Shown here: piece after piece, positions 57,101-64,000 of the stretch
How the letters are laid out: every line of letters starts with the position of its first letter
How positions within the stretch are numbered: position 1 is the stretch's first letter
Origin: Planktothrix sp. GU0601_MAG3
Lineage (GTDB): Bacteria; Cyanobacteriota; Cyanobacteriia; Cyanobacteriales; Microcoleaceae
Length of the DNA stretch: 64,000 nucleotides
Direction of reading: 5' to 3'
Assembly: GCA_035193785.1 (NCBI GenBank)
Contig: CP136572.1
Location: 4,660,578-4,724,577, forward strand
Program-made: the position numbers and the translations under genes
The notes under the pieces: model-generated
Told to the model about the DNA's origin: nothing
The model's database searches: none
The model's input: the letters and a program-made list of their open reading frames with translations, nothing else

Positions 57101-60100
57101 AGCTAGAAAATTCTAATTCTCCATTTTCTAATCCACTATAATACCCTTCAAGAGCAATGGGTCGCATTTTCTGACAATGATCTTTCCAATTAATAATATG
57201 ACCAGCTAAAGCATCATCTACCTTTGCTTTTATTTTTTGGGCGTTTAGTTTTTCAACTAAATTGGAAGCTAAGACCCCAAATTGATAACCGGACTCAATA
57301 TCTTCAATAACTCCACATAAAAGGGCACCATAACACGCATAACCCATGGCGGATTCGGTGGTATTGCCATATTGGATGGATAAATTAACCTGTGATGTGG
57401 TTACTAACAAGAATAACTTAGGATCGGAAATATAGGCTGAAGCAGTTATACTTGAAAGAATATACATCGCTGCTAAGGCTTGGGAATCCCCCATCGGAGG
57501 CAGATTAATTAAATCTTTGATTTCATATTCATTCAAGAGTAAGGCTGTCTGTTTTAAGCTATTATGAATATCTGAATTGCTGGGTTGTTCAGGTAGGCTG
57601 ATACCCAAGATTTTTAGTGCTTCTAAGCCAATTTTAATGGCGGCTTTTAGGTTGCCTTGAGACACCAATGCTTGAATTTTAGCATCATAAACTTTTACTG
57701 TGTCCAGGGCATTTTTAGCCTGATTTAAAACAATGTTTCCCAAGGTTTCCATTTCATTAAAATGACCATTGAGATAGGCGACTTCTATGGCCACTTGATG
57801 CAATGCTAAAGTTAAGGGATATGTCGTCTGCCAACTGCTTTGAGGGAGGAAGTTTAGCCCCCGATTAAAATATTCGGCGGCGGCTTGATAGGCGTTGGCA
57901 GATTTGGCTTTTTGACCTGCCATAAAATTCAGTTTTGAGATCTCATTTTTATCTAGTTTTTCTGATAAAATTGATGTAATATTCTGCCTATTTAACAAAC
58001 CTAAATTTAAGTGATCAACAATTTCAAAAATTTCTTCAGATAGTCGTTCTGGCTGAATATTTTCTAATAATAGACAACCCATTTGTAAATGAATTTCTTG
58101 TTTTTGGGTAGGGTCAATTAAAGCATAAGCCGCTTGTTGTACCCGGTCATGCAAAAATTTATAATCCTGGATTAAAAGTTGAGAATCTAATGCTGAAGTT
58201 GTGAGTATAAAACCAGATTGTAATGCTATAGTCAACTCTTGATAGACTTTGGCGGGAGATTTTTGACTAATAATAGCCAGGGTATTTAAGTCAAAAAAAG
58301 CTCCGACACAAGCGGCAAATTGTAAAATTTGTTGAGTAGATTCTGGGAGTTTCTTGAATTTATTAGTCATCAAATCTATAACATTATCTGTAATATTTTT
58401 ATCTTCAATCTTTTCGATATTCCACTGCCAACTTCCCCTTAAACTTCTGCCCTCAGTTGGGGAAGATGGCGAGGGGGTAAAGGTTAATAAATTTTCACTG
58501 TGGAGCATTTTGAGAAATTCATTAATAAAAAAAGGATTTCCTGCGGTTTTTTGTATGACTAATTCCGCCAAGGGTTTTACGGATAAAATGTCACTGTATA
58601 AAGTATCTGTAATCAGTTGACTCACTGCTTCTAAAGTTAAGGGTTTTAACTGAATATAATTAATTTTTAAGTTCGCCTGATGCAGTTGATTAATCATCTG
58701 CATCAAGGGGTGAGTCGGATGGATTTCGTTATCTCGATAGGCTACCATGATAAATAAGTATTGAATATTGCCATCTGTTAAAATCCGTTCAATTAATTGA
58801 AGACTCGCCCCATCTGCCCATTGCAAATCATCCAGAAAAATTACTAAAGGATGTTCTTTTGTACACAGGGCTTGGATAAAATTTTTGAAAACAAAATTAA
58901 ACCGATTTTTAGATTCTTGCAGCCCGATATTTGCGACGGGAGACTGTTTCCCGATAATTAATTCCACCTCGGGAATAACATCAATAATCACCTGTCCATT
59001 AATGCCCAATACGGTCAATAATTTTTCTCGCCATTGATTAAGTTGTTCTGCACTTTCACTTAAAAGTTGTTTGACCAATTCTTTGAAGGCATTAACAACG
59101 GCAAAATAGGGAATATTTCGCTGAAGTTGATCGAATTTACCTGAAATAAAATAACCTTTTTTTTCAGTAATTGGTTTATAAATTTCTTGAACTAAAGAGG
59201 ATTTACCCATCCCGGAATAACCGGTAATTAACATCACTTCAATTTTATTATTTTCTGTTTTTTGCTGCTCCGAAGATGTGACGCGGGCAAAGGCAGCTAG
59301 GAGTTGATTAACTTCGATTTCCCGTCCGTAAAGCCTTTGGGAAACTTGAAATTTATCCGTAATATCTTGAGTTGCTAAAGGAAAATTATTGAGGCTTTTA
59401 TGTTCCGGCAACGGCTCTAAACAATACTCTAAATCCGCTTGAATTCCCAAGGTACTTTGATATCGATTTTCAGCTATTTTTTCCATTAATTTCATCACTA
59501 TTTTGGATAAAAAAATTGGAATTGATGGCTGAATTTCGTGGGGCGAAATGGGTTGTTTCGCAATATGACAATGGACTAATTCTAAAGGATCTTGCGTGTC
59601 AAAAGGTAACTGTCCAGTCAGGAATTCGTAAAAAGTTACCCCCAAGGAATAAAAATCGGTGCGATAATCTAAGGAGCAGTTCATTCGTCCCGTTTGTTTC
59701 TGGGGAGATATAAGCTAAAGTTCCTTCTAGGAGATTGGGATTTTTTAGAATAGGATTTTCCCGGGTGAAGGTTGTGGAAATCCCGAAATCAATAATTTTT
59801 AGTTCTTCCCCTTTGGGGTTATAGACAATATTAGAAGGATTAATATCTTTATGAATAATACCTACGCCATGAATTTTTCCTAAAATTTTGGTGATTTTAA
59901 TGGCATTTTTAATAAACTGATCAATGGGAAAAGTATATCGTTTTTCCGGGGTAGAATTATTCTGAATAAATTGAGCTAATGAGGATGCTCCAAAATCCTC
60001 TAAAACGATCATAAATGTTCTTTGATGGGGCTCTAAACTATAGGCTTTAATTACCCCGTCTATATCCAGATTTCGGGTGATATGATATTCCTGTCTATAG

Positions 60101-60252
60101 CGAGTTAGTTCGATGGAAGTGGGATAATCTTCTTTTAGGACTTTGAGAATTACAGGTTGATAATTGTCTAAACGAATTCCTCGATAGACCACTGAATTAG
60201 CACTCTGATAAATTTGCTTAACAATTTGATAGTTAGAAATTGAGGTATTCAT
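54189..60252 (-). CDS. Ser/Thr kinase-AAA ATPase-GAF-histidine kinase-REC multidomain sensor; apparent frameshift ~59696
   Basis: IIHKDINPSN, DFG, YISPEQTGRMN after correction, Walker A GYSGMGKS, FLDDLQWAD, FLHDRVQQAAY, H-box FLANMSHELRSPL. Confidence 0.92.
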
Positions 60253-60332
60253 CTGTTATTCTTAGGCACTTCCATATTCTAACCAGTGTTTTCGGTATGC
60301 AGAAGGCTATAAATACTGGTACGGTGTGAGCC

Positions 60333-60421
60333 CCATTCGACTTCGCTCATGACAGGCCATTCGACTTCGCTCATGACAGGCCATTCGACTTCGCTCATGA
60401 CAGGCCATTCGACTTCGCTCA
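60333..60421. repeat. 24-bp tandem repeat CCATTCGACTTCGCTCATGACAGG (3 full copies plus 1 partial)
   Basis: Units start at 60333, 60357, 60381 and 60405; no spacers. Confidence 0.95.
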
Positions 60422-60595
60422 GGAGAGCCTTTGCAATTTGGATGTTTGATTTGGATATTTAACAGTTTCATAACTTATTATAACTCCAATCGATAGAATA
60501 AATCAATATTTTAATTTTAAATCAAAATATTGACTAAAATTTCAATTCGAGCTAAAATGAAATATGTTAATGAAATCTTAAGGTATTACTAATCT

Positions 60596-61456
60596 GTGAC
60601 TGTAAAAAAAAATCCTCTGGTTAAACCTTTTTTAAAATGGGCGGGAGGGAAACGGCAATTATTACCTGAAATTCTCAAATATCTTCCTAAAAATACTGGT
60701 AAAACTACATACTATGAACCATTTTTAGGAGGAGGTGCACTTTTATTTGAGTTGCAGCCGAAACAAGCAATTGTTAATGATAGTAACAGGGAATTAATTA
60801 ATTGTTATCAAGTTATTAAAGATGATGTTGAAGAACTAATTAAGGTTTTAAAAGTTCACAAAGCCAGAAATTCAAAAGAATATTATGATGATCTTAGGGG
60901 AATTGATCGTTTAAAACAGTATAGTAAATTCTCTGAAGCCGAAAAAGCTGCTCGAATTATTTATTTAAACAAAACTTGTTACAATGGATTATTTAGAGTT
61001 AATTCTAAAGGACAGTTTAACGTTCCCTTTGGTAGTTATAAAAATCCCAATATATTAGACGAGGCTGTATTAAGAGGAGTCAATGATTATTTCAATCAAA
61101 ATATAATAACCTTTTTAAATACTGATTTTGCTGAAGCTGTTAAAGATGCAAAAAAAGGCGATTTTATCTATTTTGATCCTCCTTATGATCCCGTTTCTAA
61201 TACCGCTTCTTTCACCGGATATGATATTAATGGATTTAATCAAAACGAACAAAGACGTTTAAAACAAGTTGTTGATGAATTGACAGAAAAAGGATGTAAC
61301 GTGATGTTGAGTAATTCAGCAACAGAGTTTATTTTAGATTTGTATAAAGATTATACAACAAAAATCGTTTCTGCAACCCGCAGTATTAATTCTAATGCTC
61401 TGAAGCGAGGTAAAATCAATGAGGTTTTAGTGTTAAATTATGTTCCCAAACATTAA
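60596..61456 (+). CDS. Dam/DpnM-family DNA adenine methyltransferase
   Basis: PFLKWAGGKRQL, YYEPFLGGGA, NGLFRVN, YFDPPY. Confidence 0.93.
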   Translation: MTVKKNPLVKPFLKWAGGKRQLLPEILKYLPKNTGKTTYYEPFLGGGALLFELQPKQAIVNDSNRELINCYQVIKDDVEELIKVLKVHKARNSKEYYDDLRGIDRLKQYSKFSEAEKAARIIYLNKTCYNGLFRVNSKGQFNVPFGSYKNPNILDEAVLRGVNDYFNQNIITFLNTDFAEAVKDAKKGDFIYFDPPYDPVSNTASFTGYDINGFNQNEQRRLKQVVDELTEKGCNVMLSNSATEFILDLYKDYTTKIVSATRSINSNALKRGKINEVLVLNYVPKH

Positions 61457-61461
61457 AATAC

Positions 61462-62760
61462 ATGAGTAACAAAAAACCCGGGAAAAATGATATTGCTTGG
61501 GAAACTTTATTTGAACAATATAGGATTTTAGATATTATTGATCAACAAGGTTATTTTGAAATAGAATCGACTCAAATTAATGAAGAACGAGAAAGTCGGT
61601 TAATGGCTAAGTTTGATCATTCAGTTAATTTACCCCAAATTTTTAAGGATCATAATTTATCCATATTGCCTATTTCTCGTTCAAAATATATTATTGGTTG
61701 TTTTGATGCTTACTTGAATGTTGAATATTCTACTGATATAGAAACTATTGATATAGAGTTTCCGTCTTATATAGAAAGTATAGACTATACCCATCTATAT
61801 TCGGAAGCATCAGCCATCAGTTGTGCATTTAATACAGGAATTATCAACGACTTATTAGGAGAGGAAACACTTTTTACACTTTCTGGAAGAATGTCCTCTG
61901 GTTGCTTTGATTTCAAAATTAAAAATAAAAATTCTTTAAACCCTCACAGTGATCCCATTTCAGTCATTAATAGTCAATGCGAAATAGATGGGGGTTTTGA
62001 AAGTGAAAATTATTTGATTTTAATTGAAGCCAAAAAATATAAAGTTGATGATTTTGTAATTAGGCAATTATATTATCCCTACCGATTATGGTCACAAAAA
62101 ATAACTAAAAAAGTTATTCCTGTTTTGATGACCTATTCCAACGATATATTCAGCTTTTTTATTTATGAGTTTCAAAATGAATCTGATTATAACTCCCTTC
62201 GGTTAATTGAACAAAAAAATTATATTATTGCACCCGAAGAAATTACACAGCAGGATATTTCTGATATTTGTGAAACGATCACTTTAATTCCAGAACCTAG
62301 TATACCATTCCCCCAAGCAAATAACTTTGAACGGGTTATTGACTTACTATCCCTTTTAGTAGAAAGAGATTTAACGAAAGAGGAAATTACAGAAAATTAT
62401 CAATTTGATCAAAGACAAACCGGGTATTATACAAATGCAGGTCAATATCTGGGACTTGTAGAAAAATACAAAGCTGTTGGTACGGGTGATATAACCTTTC
62501 GTTTGACACAGGAAGCAGGAGAAATTTTAAGCAAAAGACAAAAAAATAAATATCTTTCTTTGATCAGGAAAATTTTAGAACATCAAGTTTTTAATACAGT
62601 ATTTCAATTAAATTTATCTAGGGGAAAAATGCCATCAAAAGGAGAAATTTGCCAAATTATCTTGTCTTGTCGTGCTGATATTCAGAAGACCACCCCAGGA
62701 AGACGCCAATCTACTGTTAGTAATTGGATTTATTGGATTTTTAAGCAAATCCAAGATTAA
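61462..62760 (+). CDS. Putative PD-(D/E)XK restriction endonuclease partnered with the Dam-like methylase
   Basis: QCEIDGGFE....LIEAK...RQLYYPY nuclease-like motif; starts 5 bp after the methylase stop. Confidence 0.65.
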   Translation: MSNKKPGKNDIAWETLFEQYRILDIIDQQGYFEIESTQINEERESRLMAKFDHSVNLPQIFKDHNLSILPISRSKYIIGCFDAYLNVEYSTDIETIDIEFPSYIESIDYTHLYSEASAISCAFNTGIINDLLGEETLFTLSGRMSSGCFDFKIKNKNSLNPHSDPISVINSQCEIDGGFESENYLILIEAKKYKVDDFVIRQLYYPYRLWSQKITKKVIPVLMTYSNDIFSFFIYEFQNESDYNSLRLIEQKNYIIAPEEITQQDISDICETITLIPEPSIPFPQANNFERVIDLLSLLVERDLTKEEITENYQFDQRQTGYYTNAGQYLGLVEKYKAVGTGDITFRLTQEAGEILSKRQKNKYLSLIRKILEHQVFNTVFQLNLSRGKMPSKGEICQIILSCRADIQKTTPGRRQSTVSNWIYWIFKQIQD

Positions 62761-62881
62761 GATTCATATTTCTATGTATTTTTTTCTGAATTAAGCAAGG
62801 AGAGCGCAATTTCTTCTGATGATTTAGCTTTCAACCTCCCGTGTGTCTGAACAGCAACCGGATGATCATTTTCTGAAGTTG

Positions 62882-63334
62882 TCACTGATTCTCGAACGGT
62901 TTTCTACCATTCAGCGAGAAATGGTGTATCGCTATCTGAACATACTCGCGCAGACTCATCCCTTTTGATGTAGCTAATTCTTGGACTTCAACAGGTACAT
63001 CTACTAACACCATCCCAGAATTATCACTGACCTGATAAAATTCATCTCCCTGCTTAACCGCTACTAGCAAATCTGCATCCAATTGATGCAAATAGTTCAG
63101 TACCGATTCTAACTCGTGGTTTTTAAGTGCTGACTCCAGCTTAGAAACTGCGGCTTGTTGCACACCCAACTTTTCAGCTAACTGAGCTTGGGTTAATCCG
63201 GCTTGAATGCGTAATTCCCGCATTGCGTCCGTCAGGTAAAGTCGCAGATACTCTAGCTTCCCAGCTAAAACGACCTCTGGATCATCACTGACCTGGGTTT
63301 GAAGCCAGTTTTGGAAGTTGTACTGCTGTTTCAT
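62882..63334 (-). CDS. XRE-family HTH antitoxin
   Basis: RELRIQAGLTQAQLAEKLGVQQAAVSKLE; overlaps the toxin stop. Confidence 0.85.
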   Translation of the reverse strand: MKQQYNFQNWLQTQVSDDPEVVLAGKLEYLRLYLTDAMRELRIQAGLTQAQLAEKLGVQQAAVSKLESALKNHELESVLNYLHQLDADLLVAVKQGDEFYQVSDNSGMVLVDVPVEVQELATSKGMSLREYVQIAIHHFSLNGRKPFENQ

Positions 63335-63735
63335 TGGCTTTTTCTCCCCTTGAGTTCGCGTAGTCTTTGTCTTGCTGGTTCTTTATCTCTATCTTTGATT
63401 GCACCGTTGTATTTCTTCATAAAAGCGTGTAGCACTACAAATCGCTGCGGACTTAAAGGAGTTAAGATAAACCGAGGATTGTGTTCGCTTTTAGTCATGC
63501 GGAATTCATACAGATCATCCTCTAATTTCTCGAAGATATCGCTTGTAAGAGAGGCTAAACCCTTAGAACACAGATATCCAAGATTAACTTGAAGACGCTT
63601 CGTTTCTGATAAAGTGAGTACAGAGGACGGCGGATCGGATGGTAACTCCTCTTTTGGTATCATTCTGATGAAGAAAGCCAGTAACTCCTTGGGGACTTCT
63701 CCTCTGATGTCCTGATAAAGTTCCCAACTCCACAT
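63331..63735 (-). CDS. RelE/HigB-like toxin
   Basis: KLEDDLYEFR....NPR....FVVLHAFMKK; toxin-first arrangement with an HTH partner. Confidence 0.8.
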   Translation of the reverse strand: MWSWELYQDIRGEVPKELLAFFIRMIPKEELPSDPPSSVLTLSETKRLQVNLGYLCSKGLASLTSDIFEKLEDDLYEFRMTKSEHNPRFILTPLSPQRFVVLHAFMKKYNGAIKDRDKEPARQRLRELKGRKSQ

Positions 63736-63750
63736 CGTGTTCTACCTTTG

Positions 63751-63779
63751 ATCATAATATTCCTTTGGAGGAATGTCAA
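63751..63779 (-). promoter_or_regulatory. Sigma70-type promoter of the TA operon with palindromic operator
   Basis: Minus strand reads TTGACA-17 nt-TATGAT; the spacer holds ATTCC-N6-GGAAT; 63754..63767 and 63799..63812 form a 13/14 inverted repeat. Confidence 0.75.
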
Positions 63780-63926
63780 CAACGTTATTATAATCTCTCA
63801 AAGGAATGTTATAGCAGTCGCCCCTAAAATTCAGCATAGGTTGGACTGTTAAAAAGTTAAAAAATGGATAAAACAGGTTTGGAATCAAATCTCGAAATAC
63901 TAGATCCCATAGATTAATCATTTTAA

Positions 63927-63997
63927 AGGCGGCACCCAGATTTGAACTGGGGGTGGAGATTTTGCAGACCTCTGCCTTACCGCTTGGCTATGCCGCC
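63927..63997 (-). tRNA. trnC: tRNA-Cys (GCA)
   Basis: Reverse complement GGCGGCATAGCCAAGCGGTAAGGCAGAGGTCTGCAAAATCTCCACCCCCAGTTCAAATCTGGGTGCCGCCT folds into a cloverleaf; CCA not encoded. Confidence 0.97.
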
Positions 63998-64000
63998 ATG

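Noticed and set aside
345..59700. Mass pseudogenisation or programmed frameshifting
   Set aside because: The same +1 motif hits housekeeping and accessory genes alike on both strands with no other decay; a sequencing artefact is far more parsimonious.
60333..60421. Mini CRISPR array
   Set aside because: Units are directly abutting with no spacers.

Overview
64-kb chromosomal segment of a cyanobacterium. HIP1 octamers, NDH-1(3) CO2-uptake genes, cyanobacteriochrome GAF domains and short tandem repeats point to a filamentous, Oscillatoriales-like organism (inference). About 29 genes are split by a single extra base, and every case I traced falls in GAAAC/GTTTC, where removing one A/T restores the frame. 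I treat these as a systematic sequencing error and report merged CDSs. Contents in order: a dual-GAF photosensory hybrid kinase operon; a filamentous-haemagglutinin-like protein; a RAYT transposase with a tandem REP-pair array; gcvH; ndhF3-[two Tat-signal beta-carbonic anhydrases]-ndhD3-cupA; an NspV-like endonuclease with a C5 methylase; ubiD; a ~20-kb accessory block (LysR, two Fluc/CrcB channels, a pentameric ligand-gated ion channel, a Wsp-like chemosensory operon with no output gene, an atypical glutamine amidotransferase, a second LysR, bestrophin, a globin-pentapeptide fusion); an ABC permease; an orphan DNA methylase; a decayed toxin-antitoxin pair; large multidomain kinases; and a Dam/endonuclease plus toxin-antitoxin islet next to tRNA-Cys. 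The best candidate for an undescribed system is the ion-channel/chemosensory block at 27.8-47.8 kb. All family assignments come from motif recognition by eye; no searches were run.
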